Shown piece after piece: positions 46,901 through 56,046 of a stretch of DNA of 64,000 bases. Position numbers and translations under genes: made by a program. The stretch spans positions 1,126-65,125 of IMG/VR virus record IMGVR_UViG_3300043438_001421; one strand, written 5' to 3'. The DNA comes from a virus (Duplodnaviria > Caudoviricetes). The notes beneath the pieces are model-generated. The model saw nothing but the letters and a program-made list of their open reading frames with translations. It was not told the DNA's origin and ran no database searches. The stretch's first letter is position 1, and each line of letters begins with the position of its first letter.

Positions 46901-49529
46901 GGGATTCGACACATTTGAGGATAAATCATATACATATATAACATCTTCCGATCTTGGCTTAGAAGATAATGAGTATCTGGACATTATCGCTATAAAAATT
47001 ATTCCAACTTCAACTGTCAATGCCTATGATTACGCTCATATTTATACTATAAATCCGATCTGGGAAGTCGATTTAAGCGATTATGTTGTCTCTTTTAATA
47101 TAGATAAGATTAGAGACAACTTTGACGCCTCCTTGCCTATTGGGGCTACTGCTGCAAATAATGGATCAATAAGTTTTGATAATACAGATCTTGTATTTAA
47201 CCCATATGGCAACACTCTTTATGGAGATTATGTAAATCCAGATACGAAATTTTTTATCTATCTTAAGCATGAAATCAGCAAGACTCAGCAGACAGAGATT
47301 ATTCCTTTAGCTGAAGAAATGTATGCTGATACTTGGAATTTTGATACATCTTCTATGACCGCCGATGTTCAAATTAGAGATTATTCAAAATTTTTGCAGG
47401 AAGAAAATATTAAGGGATATATTTCCCAAGGTCTGTGTGCTGGTAGAAGTATTAGAGATATTATGTTATCAAGCGGCTTCCCGGCGAGGAAGATATTTTA
47501 TTACGACAAATTTTATGAAACAATTTTCTTTGACGATCCGGTTCTTTTCATACCATTCTTTGAGGGCCAGAATGAAATTGATGCTTCAAACTTAAGCACC
47601 GGCACGATGGCATTTTCTGACGAATGTCAATATGTTTACGCGTTAGATACAAGCCCATCATTAGGAAAGTCTGGTTCTTCTATCGTCTATTCAGATATCC
47701 TTAGCGCTCAAGATGATTCGGAAAGAATATCCGATGATCTTGCGATCAAAACATTTAATTCGGTATACCGTACCGGATCTTATAATCCAAACGGCGATCT
47801 TGTTTTGTATAAATATAGTGATAATGCAAGATGGAATGAGGCAGGGTCTGGGACGAGTTTTTCTGGAGCTTACTATGTCAGAGATCCAGACGATCTTTCT
47901 GCCGGAACTTATTATACTTTAGCGGCGTATCAAGGTGTCTCTGATAAAAGAGGTATTAAGGTTGAAGTCCAAAAGTCTGTATCAGATAATACAAAGTTGA
48001 TATTTAGACTTTCTGCTATTAATTTTAGCGGAACTTCCTATTCTACTGTGTCAAATCCAGTCCCAATTAGCCAGTCTCACTTGATCCATGTCACTATCCC
48101 CACTGCAACTAGTTTGAAGTTTTATCTTGATGGAGAAATTGTAGGTACAATTAATCCTACAAATATCTATGTTCCGTCTCCAAGTGAATTTGTTATTTCT
48201 ACACAAGGAGATACTTTTGTTTCTAACTTCTCTTATTTTGCAGACGTACTTTCCGCGGAAAGAATACGTCAACATTATGAAGTTTCATTTTTCTCTATTA
48301 TACCTACATTTAAATATCTTTATGCAAAAGATTCAACATATTGGGATGCCATGTTGACAATTGCAACTGCTGATTTAGGTATGTTCTATATTGATGAATA
48401 TGGAAATTTCAGGTATGAATACAGAAATGCTTTACATCAAGAGGGAAATAGTAGATACCAAACAAGTCAATATACATTTGCCGATGATGTTAATATCATT
48501 TCTGGATCTGTTACGTCTGAAGTTCAGACGAATAAGATAAACTTGAAGGTAAATAAGACTACATTTAACGCATCAGAATCAGGAGCTCTCTGGTCTGCTG
48601 AGTCAAATGAATCTCTTGCGATAACTTCGGTTGTTTCAAATGTTACTCCAAATAGCTCTTCAATTCAATTGAAAAATACTTCTAATCCCCTCTTGCTTCC
48701 ATCTGGTTATGTCAAGATTAATAATGAAATTATTAAGTATAATAGTATTGTCAACAATACTTTGACAAATATTCAGAGGGCTCAATTTGGTACGCAAGTT
48801 GGGTGGCATTTGCCGGGAGATCGCGCGAGAGAAGCAAGATTTTATAACGTCGATTATAGTGATAGTCCTGCTGTGGTAGTTTACTATCCGTTTTTGACGA
48901 CAGAATTGTTTGATGAGACGGCAACTATTGATTACTATGCTGTTAATGCTTTTTCCGCTCAAATTGTTGTGTCAGCTAACGATCCCGGCCCTACTTCTTA
49001 CATAGAAGATGGCGTTGAGTATTATTACTTTCAGGACAGAGCCAAAACAAATTACATTGTCCTTGAGGGCACGAACCCATTAAATGGCGACAGCAATTTC
49101 TTCAGAGTCGCTGGCGTCCCTACCGTGACGCAACAGAGCAAGGAGACTGTTACCTCGTATTCTGCGGAGATTGAGTCTAATATACGGAAGTATAGGCTCA
49201 AAGAGCTTGATATTGACAATGAGTTTATTTCCAATAAAATTTACGCCCAGATTGTTGCAGATCATATTATTGGTTATTTTGCAGATCCGGTTAGAATCTT
49301 GAATGTAGAAATTCTTGGAGTGCCTCAACTTCAACTTGGCGATTTGGTGACAATTGAAAAATTCGATGACATTGGCATAGCCAATACAGATTTTTGGACA
49401 ATTCAAAGTACAATCAGCTATGATGGCGGGATTCAGCAGAGCTTGATGCTTCGCGAGTATTCTGCTACAATTGATCCACCCGAACTTTTGTTTACCGAAG
49501 ACGGAGGATCAGAATTTAGTATTCTATAA
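43986..49529 (+). CDS. large tail tip / minor tail protein with LamG-like and repeated beta-domains
   Basis: 1847 aa; HIAIIKNG.RLSLFIDG and GKISEFAVFDYAF LamG motifs; GMFYIDEYGNFRY; GVPQLQLGDLVTI. Confidence 0.85.
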   Translation: MIPISEDLGEEIQSDSQNVKPVVKAWMSDIRYLENVKTYTSSHTYNKQILDRSPNVYVRFDKTDYNVSTQTRNCLLANDGAGKIIVQMPSHGLSAGAAICFSSDGSMPSEIGVGDLKTKYTYYVQNPAGGASAHYFYLNTSRANALAGDLGSRVSVAGTSGATGIPVTISIANPAVFTTSGAHGYSNGDAVVVKSFSSPSPSGLTMTVDSPLTVYYVQNATTTTFNLNTSASNAVLNSLEGRVATTGSSSTKYVYAVHKGTSQTYGGHRVKDHGALGLDIAYGASTAGAPVYTSDFGTTFQSRSITDKAIEIIEENRLVDMFERDPIGTKVCTIELTPSPFTAAAIFTCANHGLSVGDPLVLNTTGVLPTLQYFNSAVWATVNPNEILYVNTVTSANTFTLRRYRYNYYEIDTPLRALAPQSGVHSFSIIKDIGNFNSTGSDSYNQDMEYYSWRPSYKTNIYTGRAYSVPDAAYEGAIWWAGGADFFETNPAYVTTNLRCLDHFVDWRQPELEGNGAIVRYIDENNYIYCRGLQSTSTNSIAIYKVVDGITTLAGGVNSTYLNDSNYYRFQADYNTFTIYNMGEFEPINTTNPVSTILSVYIDDPIFRTENATSVGLISFSMFELYGIAPYDPKLMAYYFAAYGYNYIIGSHYFNSAEYCYASTALPLNKTAQFQTLNNQSNFTYSFLFDKVSFPASNQTIFWLGNNARNTAIKITSFLFGDQELLRVRVFNTAGTQYILDSTPDPLTYGQMNHIAIIKNGTRLSLFIDGEENAYITLPSNFVMRDIVTGNTPYLVFGGGYDSGISGESGYQLLTGKISEFAVFDYAFNQDDIDSLYYSIENEATLNASTSDNYYNAECIIDGIQEETYLYAFANMQNYLGRTIKTNNYSYVVNPVFDDNVFSNIEDNYGWMSRVQSDFSGIFDYQEDFVKVSFDSIRCNKIFISTGYMNGGIYTFDYFITKSDNTIIEGAKGFDTFEDKSYTYITSSDLGLEDNEYLDIIAIKIIPTSTVNAYDYAHIYTINPIWEVDLSDYVVSFNIDKIRDNFDASLPIGATAANNGSISFDNTDLVFNPYGNTLYGDYVNPDTKFFIYLKHEISKTQQTEIIPLAEEMYADTWNFDTSSMTADVQIRDYSKFLQEENIKGYISQGLCAGRSIRDIMLSSGFPARKIFYYDKFYETIFFDDPVLFIPFFEGQNEIDASNLSTGTMAFSDECQYVYALDTSPSLGKSGSSIVYSDILSAQDDSERISDDLAIKTFNSVYRTGSYNPNGDLVLYKYSDNARWNEAGSGTSFSGAYYVRDPDDLSAGTYYTLAAYQGVSDKRGIKVEVQKSVSDNTKLIFRLSAINFSGTSYSTVSNPVPISQSHLIHVTIPTATSLKFYLDGEIVGTINPTNIYVPSPSEFVISTQGDTFVSNFSYFADVLSAERIRQHYEVSFFSIIPTFKYLYAKDSTYWDAMLTIATADLGMFYIDEYGNFRYEYRNALHQEGNSRYQTSQYTFADDVNIISGSVTSEVQTNKINLKVNKTTFNASESGALWSAESNESLAITSVVSNVTPNSSSIQLKNTSNPLLLPSGYVKINNEIIKYNSIVNNTLTNIQRAQFGTQVGWHLPGDRAREARFYNVDYSDSPAVVVYYPFLTTELFDETATIDYYAVNAFSAQIVVSANDPGPTSYIEDGVEYYYFQDRAKTNYIVLEGTNPLNGDSNFFRVAGVPTVTQQSKETVTSYSAEIESNIRKYRLKELDIDNEFISNKIYAQIVADHIIGYFADPVRILNVEILGVPQLQLGDLVTIEKFDDIGIANTDFWTIQSTISYDGGIQQSLMLREYSATIDPPELLFTEDGGSEFSIL

Positions 49530-49537
49530 GGAGAGTA

Positions 49538-50077
49538 ATGTCAGAATTTAAATTTGTGCAATGGGGCAAGGGTACGCCGGTTGATTACCAGAGACTTAAT
49601 GCTATGATGCTTAATGAGCAATATCTAAAAGATATTGTAGATAATGTGCCAAAAGGAACTTTGGCTTGGAAGACAGCAAGCGCAGTAACTATTGATCCAA
49701 GTGGCGGTTACCAGCAAGTAACTGGCTTTACTAATATCGTGTTCGATGTTGAAGAGGATAGACTTACTTCGTTTGAATTTAATCCCGGAACTATGACAAC
49801 AGATGTTGCGTGTCAATTTAGGATAAGATTTGTTGTCGATGGAGTCGCAGTTTTAGAGTCCGGTGGCGGAGGTATGGGGGCTTTGACAGGTGGAACCGGA
49901 TATTTTGCATCGTCTCCCGCTGTGTATATACCGTCTCCAGCCCTTTCGAAAGGGACTCACTCTGTATCTGTTGAGATTATTGCTGATGGCGGGATTACAA
50001 CATTGAGACTTGGAAATGTTGGCACAATTACTCTCAAAGTGGAAGATGTTGGTAAGTTTATTCCCGCTTCGTCATGA
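49538..50077 (+). CDS. minor tail-associated protein
   Basis: W..GTPVDYQRLNAM N-terminus followed by a beta-sandwich. Confidence 0.65.
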   Translation: MSEFKFVQWGKGTPVDYQRLNAMMLNEQYLKDIVDNVPKGTLAWKTASAVTIDPSGGYQQVTGFTNIVFDVEEDRLTSFEFNPGTMTTDVACQFRIRFVVDGVAVLESGGGGMGALTGGTGYFASSPAVYIPSPALSKGTHSVSVEIIADGGITTLRLGNVGTITLKVEDVGKFIPASS

Positions 50078-50532
50078 GTTTAGCATCTAGAAGAAATAGT
50101 ATTTCTTGGGGTCGCGATAACTTTGGGAGTAAAAACCCAAACTTCAATGGTGGCCGTTATGTTGACGATAAAGGATATATTAGGGTGCTACAACCTGAAC
50201 ACCCTTTCAGCAACAGCGGCTATGTTTATGAGCATAGACTGGTCTTGGAGAAGCAGCTTGGTCGCATTCTCCAGACTTGGGAAACTGTTCATCATATAAA
50301 TGAGATAAAGATTGATAATAGGCCGAATAATTTGTACCTCACGACTATCCCTGAGCATAGCGCCATTCATCGTGAGGGCAAGAAGCAAAGCAAAGAGCGT
50401 AGGAAGAAGACTGGCCAGTTGGCCAAAGAGCGCGCCAAGACAGGAAAAAGAACAAAGGGTGGTAAGTTTGTGAAAACTTCCGAGGAAGGTGCTACACTTG
50501 AATCTAATGAACAAGAAAGTAGTGTTGAATGA
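50074..50532 (+). CDS. HNH homing endonuclease (HNH_3 type)
   Basis: NPNFNGGR..D.KGYI, GYVYEHRLVLE..LGR, VHHINEIKIDNRPNNL. Confidence 0.88.
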   Translation: MSLASRRNSISWGRDNFGSKNPNFNGGRYVDDKGYIRVLQPEHPFSNSGYVYEHRLVLEKQLGRILQTWETVHHINEIKIDNRPNNLYLTTIPEHSAIHREGKKQSKERRKKTGQLAKERAKTGKRTKGGKFVKTSEEGATLESNEQESSVE

Positions 50533-51767
50533 AACAATTTAAATACGAGGGGGACGATTCTCTGAATCTTCCCAACTTGGATGGGAAGGAATATAGCCCT
50601 CCCAAGAAAGAAACTACGATTAAAGCTCCGTCATCCTTGAAGCCTAGCGTCGATTGGGACGGAGAGGAAGTTCAGGTTACTTCAGAGGTTTATAGCGAGC
50701 CTGTGAGAGATTGGGATCAACTCCTTGTTGAGCTTGGTTATGATCCAGAACTTTATGAAATTATTGAGCCAGTTAAGCTTTCTTCATGGGATGCTCCTGC
50801 AGGCGAAGGCGAGACGAAGCGATTGTATTCTTACAAGGTCGGGATCAGAGCCAAGCGTGTTACGCAATACCGTGACGAAGACTACAAGGATCTTGTGACG
50901 CTTATCAAGAAGCATCGCCCGATGTCCGACAAGCAGGCCTCAGGAGATGCTACGTTTGTCGTATGCCTTTCTGATTGGCAGATTGGCAAGGCAGATGGTG
51001 ATGGAACAGATGGCACAATTGGCAGGATTCTTGATATGATTGAGGGTGTCACGGAGCGTATTCGTGAACTTCAAAAGTCAGGTAGAAAGATGAAGACGCT
51101 CGTTGTTGCGGGAATTGGTGATATGGTGGAAAACTGCGAAGGGCATTATGCTACGCAGACTTTCACTGTTCAGCTCAATCGTCGTCAGCAAGTACGCGTG
51201 CTTCGCAGGCTTCTGACTAAGGCGATTACTTCTTGGGCGAAGATGTTCAATGAAGTTATTGTCTTGGCGGTTCCCGGAAATCATGGCGAGAACAGAAATG
51301 GATCAGGAAAGTCCTTTACTACAAGGGGAGACAATGATGACGTTGCTGCTTTCGAGATGGTTGCTGAGATTCTTTCTGCAAATCAAGAGGCTTATGGCCA
51401 TGTAAGATTCATCATTCCTGAAGACGAGATTTCTGTCGTCGTTGAGGTGAGTGATACCTATCTTGGCTTCGCTCATGGCCATGTGACAAGCAATGGGTCT
51501 GATCCTCAAAAGAAGATCAAGGAATGGTGGAAGTCTCAAACTTTTACTAACAATCCTATCGGCCATGTAAACATTTTGATTACGGGCCATTACCATCATT
51601 TTTCGGTCATTGAACATGATAATGATAAGATTCATATGCAGTGCCCCGCTATGGATGGTGGAAGTGAATGGTTTAAGGATCTAACTGGTGTCGATTCCCG
51701 TCCGGGAACTTTGACATTTGTTATTGATAAGTCAGAACGTCCCTATAGGGACTTAGAAGTCATCTGA
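50529..51767 (+). CDS. calcineurin-like metallophosphoesterase (Mre11-like nuclease)
   Basis: SDWQIGK, GDMVE, PGNHGE, AHGH, GHYHH. Confidence 0.87.
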   Translation: MKQFKYEGDDSLNLPNLDGKEYSPPKKETTIKAPSSLKPSVDWDGEEVQVTSEVYSEPVRDWDQLLVELGYDPELYEIIEPVKLSSWDAPAGEGETKRLYSYKVGIRAKRVTQYRDEDYKDLVTLIKKHRPMSDKQASGDATFVVCLSDWQIGKADGDGTDGTIGRILDMIEGVTERIRELQKSGRKMKTLVVAGIGDMVENCEGHYATQTFTVQLNRRQQVRVLRRLLTKAITSWAKMFNEVIVLAVPGNHGENRNGSGKSFTTRGDNDDVAAFEMVAEILSANQEAYGHVRFIIPEDEISVVVEVSDTYLGFAHGHVTSNGSDPQKKIKEWWKSQTFTNNPIGHVNILITGHYHHFSVIEHDNDKIHMQCPAMDGGSEWFKDLTGVDSRPGTLTFVIDKSERPYRDLEVI

Positions 51768-51780
51768 GGAGGTGAATTAT

Positions 51781-52086
51781 ATGGGTAATGTTGGAGTTGC
51801 AGCTTTAGCTGGTCTTATTGTTCCTTTCTTTATTTCTTTCTTGAAGAATACAGATTGGTCATCGAAGACTAAGCAAATTGTTTCGGTTGCTGTTTCCCTT
51901 GTTGTGGCAGTTGGTATTACTGCCGTTGACAATGGTGTCAATCTTGGTGATTGGAAGCAGCTTGTAGCGAATCTTGCAGTTATCTTCACAGTTGCTCAGG
52001 TGTTCTACCAGCAGTATTTCGGTGGGACGGCTGTGAATGCAAAGCTTGAAAGTATTGGTGTTGGTTCTACGAAGGTAGGAGTTTGA
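51781..52086 (+). CDS. holin
   Basis: Three hydrophobic segments, about 100 aa, GGAGG RBS. Confidence 0.7.
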   Translation: MGNVGVAALAGLIVPFFISFLKNTDWSSKTKQIVSVAVSLVVAVGITAVDNGVNLGDWKQLVANLAVIFTVAQVFYQQYFGGTAVNAKLESIGVGSTKVGV

Positions 52087-52277
52087 TGTTAACTTTTCAG
52101 CTTAAATGCAAAAGATGTGGAGGCTTCCTCTATGAAGAAGAAGTTTTCTATGATCAGAATGATGTGCGAACTATGCAAATAGGTTGCTATATATGTTCTC
52201 ATAAGGGATATATGAAGGAAAAGGGCTGGAATGAGTTCAAGCTTAAGTTAGCGAAGGCTTTGAAGGTCCGTGTCTGA
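52086..52277 (+). CDS. Zn-ribbon protein
   Basis: CKRCGG...CYICSH. Confidence 0.7.
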   Translation: MLTFQLKCKRCGGFLYEEEVFYDQNDVRTMQIGCYICSHKGYMKEKGWNEFKLKLAKALKVRV

Positions 52278-52731
52278 TCAATCTTCCTTGTTGAAGATTA
52301 GAATCGGAAGGTTTTATGAAACTTCTGATGGCTCTGCTGTGAGGGTTATAAAGGTTAATTGGATGAAAAATCTCGTTATAGCCGTCAATTATAACTCTCA
52401 CAGCAATGAGTCATTTCGTCTTGATGAGGCTAGGAAGACTTTTTCCCCTCTATTTAAGATAGGGGAAGTTGCCAAAATGTTTGGGAAGAAAAATTCCACT
52501 ATACGAAAGTATGAAAGCTTAGGCTTGCTTCCCAAGGCAAAAAAAATTTCCCTGAATGGGAGCGGGAAGAATTGGACTAGGGTATACTCACTAAGTGACA
52601 TTGAAATCCTAGCCGAGTTCTTTGATAGTAGGAATCCTGCTGGAAGACCTGCTAGGACTAATGTCGCTGGAATTAACCGTGAAGCTATCAAGGATAAACT
52701 TGATGCTCTATATATGAGAGGTAAAAGATAA
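52270..52731 (+). CDS. MerR-like HTH DNA-binding protein
   Basis: FKIGEVAKMFGKKNSTIRKYESLGLLP...RVYSLSDI. Confidence 0.85.
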   Translation: MSDQSSLLKIRIGRFYETSDGSAVRVIKVNWMKNLVIAVNYNSHSNESFRLDEARKTFSPLFKIGEVAKMFGKKNSTIRKYESLGLLPKAKKISLNGSGKNWTRVYSLSDIEILAEFFDSRNPAGRPARTNVAGINREAIKDKLDALYMRGKR

Positions 52732-52958
52732 TGGCAAACCTTGTGCCGGAGAATGACGAGCAGAATACTATTTGGTGCTCTGTTGGGATTACTAGAAATC
52801 TAGGAAATTATGAATCGCTTCGTATTGATGCCGGTTCTCGTATCACTATTGATCCTTCTAGTGATAAGGATGAAGCTTGGAAGAATCTTTGGGAAGATGT
52901 TCAGGCTCAGATTGAAGCTCAGCTCCTTGATGCTGATCGGGGATTGGCCGAAGGCTGA
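52731..52958 (+). CDS. hypothetical protein of a type common in actinophages
   Basis: SVGITRNLGNYESLRIDAG motif. Confidence 0.7.
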   Translation: MANLVPENDEQNTIWCSVGITRNLGNYESLRIDAGSRITIDPSSDKDEAWKNLWEDVQAQIEAQLLDADRGLAEG

Positions 52959-53269
52959 TGTCCCGGAATCTCAAAAAGGTTCATTGGACTAAAGATGCTT
53001 TGTGCAAGTTTGATAAAAAGTTCACATCGTTTCATAGGGATGATGTGCTTGAAGCAAAAAGTATCTGCGAAGAATGTACGGTAAGGATTCCGTGTATAAT
53101 GGCTAACGCCGAGGTAGATGGAACATTTATCGCTGCAGGTTTATCTAAATTTGATCGTTTAATTTTACAGTGGAAGAGAGTTGAAGACGAAAATGAATCA
53201 ATCTTCGGAGAAGATTCTTTCTATATTTCAGTCGTCATGCGACGAGAACGGGAAGCTCTTTCTCCCTGA
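52958..53269 (+). CDS. whiB: WhiB-like Fe-S transcription factor (divergent)
   Basis: W...ALC...EAKSICEECTVRIPC four-Cys pattern; GxWGG turn replaced by FIAAG. Confidence 0.75.
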   Translation: MSRNLKKVHWTKDALCKFDKKFTSFHRDDVLEAKSICEECTVRIPCIMANAEVDGTFIAAGLSKFDRLILQWKRVEDENESIFGEDSFYISVVMRREREALSP

Positions 53270-53516
53270 TCCCCGTCAAGATGATATTATAAAGAGTCTT
53301 GTTGACTATTATTCTAAGTACTATTCGTTGGATGTACTGGAACAGTGTATATTGGAATATGTGAAGCATACTCAAGACCCAATTCTTGTGTATAACTTTG
53401 CATTGGACAGCAGTAAGATCAGGGAGAAAGTTTTGGACTTCCGTAAATCGAAGGAAAGCTTTGATCGTCTCGTAAAGGAGACGGAACAGAGGATGCGTGA
53501 GTTTGATGAATTATGA
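53193..53516 (+). CDS. hypothetical protein upstream of the helicase
   Basis: Helical 107-aa ORF coupled to dnaB. Confidence 0.65.
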   Translation: MNQSSEKILSIFQSSCDENGKLFLPDPRQDDIIKSLVDYYSKYYSLDVLEQCILEYVKHTQDPILVYNFALDSSKIREKVLDFRKSKESFDRLVKETEQRMREFDEL

Positions 53517-54732
53517 ATTGAATTTGCTTAACAGCATTATCAAGTCTGGTGATGTCACCTCTTGTGTTGAGCAGGGTGTGGATCACGTATTTGCTGAATA
53601 TGCTGATGTGTGGAACTTCATTCTTGATTTCAATAACGAGTATGGCCAAGCTCCTTCGAAGGATGTTGTAAAGACAAACTTTAAGGGCTTTGAGTTCTTC
53701 ACTGCCGAGTCTCCTCTTCAGTTTTATATTGATGATGCAAAGAGGCAGAGTTTGGGTCGTGGTGTTCGTGGTGCGTTGTTCAAGGCGTCTGAGGCGCTGA
53801 AGAATGGCGATGATCCAGCGAAGATCTTGACTTTGATTCAGAATGAATCTGCTCAGCTTATTCGTGATTCGGGTCGTTTGAAGGACTCTAATATTGCTGA
53901 TTACTCTGAGCGTGCCGATGTTTTGAAGGATCGGATTCAGAATCCGGATCATAAGATTGTCGGGGTTACGAGTGGCATCAAGGTTATTGATGCTCACTTC
54001 GGAGGCTTTCAGCCCGGTGACTTTGTTGTTGTAATTGGCTGGACTGGTGTTGGTAAGTCAGCGTTGACTAGATTGATGGCTGCTAATGCTTGGCGTGCTG
54101 GATATGTTCCTCTTATCGTATCTCTTGAGATGGATAGGCTTCAGGAAGAGTTCCGCATGGATACAATCCTTAACGCAGGCGAAGTCTTCACTAATACTCA
54201 ATTGACAAATGGCAAAGGTATTTCCCTTGATAAATATGAGGGATGGGCTAAGTCAACATTTGAGGGTAAGCCTCCGATTCATCTAGTGACTTCGGATGGT
54301 ATTGAGACTGCGGATCAGCATTTTGTTCAATCTAAGATTGAGCAGTATAAGCCTGATCTTGTTATCCTTGATTACCATACGCTTTTCGATGATGCTAACA
54401 AGGGTGGTTCGGAAACTGAGCGTGCTAAGAATTTGTCGAAGGCCTTTAAGAGAATGGCTGTTCGTAATCGTGTTCCGATTCTTGATGTGTCGGGCGTGAC
54501 TATGGATGACGGCCATGATGAGCGTCCTCCGGAACTTAGCGAGATCGCTTGGAGCAAGCAGCTTTCTTATGACGCTGATATGGTGCTTTCTGTGCATCGT
54601 TCTGCGGGCAGTGATGTTTTTCAGGTAGTTACTCGCAAAACTAGGCGCTGTGCCCCGTTTGCATTTTATTTGCGCTGGAATCTTGATTCCGGAGAATGGA
54701 AGGAGATTTATGAACACGAAGCGACGGAGTAG
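53497..54732 (+). CDS. dnaB: DnaB-like replicative helicase
   Basis: Walker A GWTGVGKS, SLEM, ILDY, IAWSKQLSYDAD. Confidence 0.92.
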   Translation: MSLMNYELNLLNSIIKSGDVTSCVEQGVDHVFAEYADVWNFILDFNNEYGQAPSKDVVKTNFKGFEFFTAESPLQFYIDDAKRQSLGRGVRGALFKASEALKNGDDPAKILTLIQNESAQLIRDSGRLKDSNIADYSERADVLKDRIQNPDHKIVGVTSGIKVIDAHFGGFQPGDFVVVIGWTGVGKSALTRLMAANAWRAGYVPLIVSLEMDRLQEEFRMDTILNAGEVFTNTQLTNGKGISLDKYEGWAKSTFEGKPPIHLVTSDGIETADQHFVQSKIEQYKPDLVILDYHTLFDDANKGGSETERAKNLSKAFKRMAVRNRVPILDVSGVTMDDGHDERPPELSEIAWSKQLSYDADMVLSVHRSAGSDVFQVVTRKTRRCAPFAFYLRWNLDSGEWKEIYEHEATE

Positions 54733-54910
54733 AAGGCCTGTCCATGTGATTAATGGTACTGCTATTGATCAGGAGACGATCATTCGTCAGCGATCTTGCA
54801 TTGAAGATTATGTGAGAGAAAACTCTGGCAAGCAATTCCGCAAGACTAACGTCAAGTGGAATATGAACGATCAAGGTCATTTCGACTTTACTATCGAATT
54901 CTATGCTTGA
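54710..54910 (+). CDS. hypothetical protein
   Basis: AGGAG RBS before the ATG at 54710; lies between helicase and primase. Confidence 0.65.
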   Translation: MNTKRRSRRPVHVINGTAIDQETIIRQRSCIEDYVRENSGKQFRKTNVKWNMNDQGHFDFTIEFYA

Positions 54911-55820
54911 TATCACGTCATATGTAGAGAGCAAGGGTATCCAAGTTATGAGGGATGATGGCTCAGAGCTTGCTTGCTACTGTCCATTCCATACAAATAT
55001 GGATACACCTGCCTTCTATATTAATAAGTCAACTGGACTTTGGATATGTTTCAATCCTTCCTGCGGGAAGACTGGATCTATCAGAGACTTGATGAGCTTT
55101 TTTGGCGATCATGGAAAGATAGTTAGAGACTATTCGTTAGATGATATTGAGAAAAATCTTATGTATAGTGAAAGTATATATGAGGATAATAGTTGGGATG
55201 AGGCTCTTGAGTCCATTATGATCTCATACCCGGAGGATTTGGAGAAGGTTAAGTATCTAACTGACAGAGGTTTTTCTGAAAAAACTTTGTCATACTTTGA
55301 TATTGCCTATTCAGATTCGAAGCGTAGGATTGTGATCCCGGCTAGGAATGAAAAGCATAAGGTCATTGGATTCATCGGACGTGCGGTTAATCCCGACATT
55401 CAGCCGAAGTATCTGTATTCGAAAGGGTTTCCCAGAAAAGATATTTTATTTAACTTGAACAATGCTAAGCGATATGATTCGTGTATCATTGTTGAGGGTA
55501 GCCTTGATGCTATGAAAGTTCATCAAGCTGGATTCCCTAATGTTGTTTCATCCCTAGGAGCCACTATTACTGATGGTCATATGCTCCTGCTTAGTAAATA
55601 TTTTGATAAGATCGTTATATTTTCTGATAACGATGTCGCTGGATATGCTATGCGAGATCAGATCATATCTAAGTGCTACGGAAAGGATTTGCGAATAATT
55701 GAGTTCCAAGATCCTGACTGCAAAGATCCGGGAGAAATGACTGAAAATCAGATCTCTGATCATATAGACAAATCTATAGACTATTTTACATGGAGTTTTG
55801 AAAATGTTTTTTCGCATTAA
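54903..55820 (+). CDS. dnaG: DNA primase (DnaG-like)
   Basis: CPFH...CFNPSC zinc-binding domain, GFIGR..PKYLYS, TOPRIM VEGSLD and DND.AG. Confidence 0.92.
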   Translation: MLDITSYVESKGIQVMRDDGSELACYCPFHTNMDTPAFYINKSTGLWICFNPSCGKTGSIRDLMSFFGDHGKIVRDYSLDDIEKNLMYSESIYEDNSWDEALESIMISYPEDLEKVKYLTDRGFSEKTLSYFDIAYSDSKRRIVIPARNEKHKVIGFIGRAVNPDIQPKYLYSKGFPRKDILFNLNNAKRYDSCIIVEGSLDAMKVHQAGFPNVVSSLGATITDGHMLLLSKYFDKIVIFSDNDVAGYAMRDQIISKCYGKDLRIIEFQDPDCKDPGEMTENQISDHIDKSIDYFTWSFENVFSH

Positions 55821-55980
55821 GAAATTAACAGCAGATATAATTGAGCTCGAAGTTGGGGAGGAAGCCCTCACGTCGATAGTATTACTCACTCTTGACGAGG
55901 TTTCGCAACTTCGCGATATGCTCAAGTTTATTCCCACTCTCCCCGTAGCGGGTGAGGTGGATCGATGGTATACTAGCTAG
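55804..55980 (+). CDS. small hypothetical protein
   Basis: GGAG upstream of the ATG; overlaps the primase end. Confidence 0.45.
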   Translation: MFFRIKKLTADIIELEVGEEALTSIVLLTLDEVSQLRDMLKFIPTLPVAGEVDRWYTS

Positions 55981-56046
55981 TGCGCCAGTGTGCGCTTAGT
56001 TAACCACATAATGTACGTTTATAACGTCGAAAGGTAAAGGTAAAAA

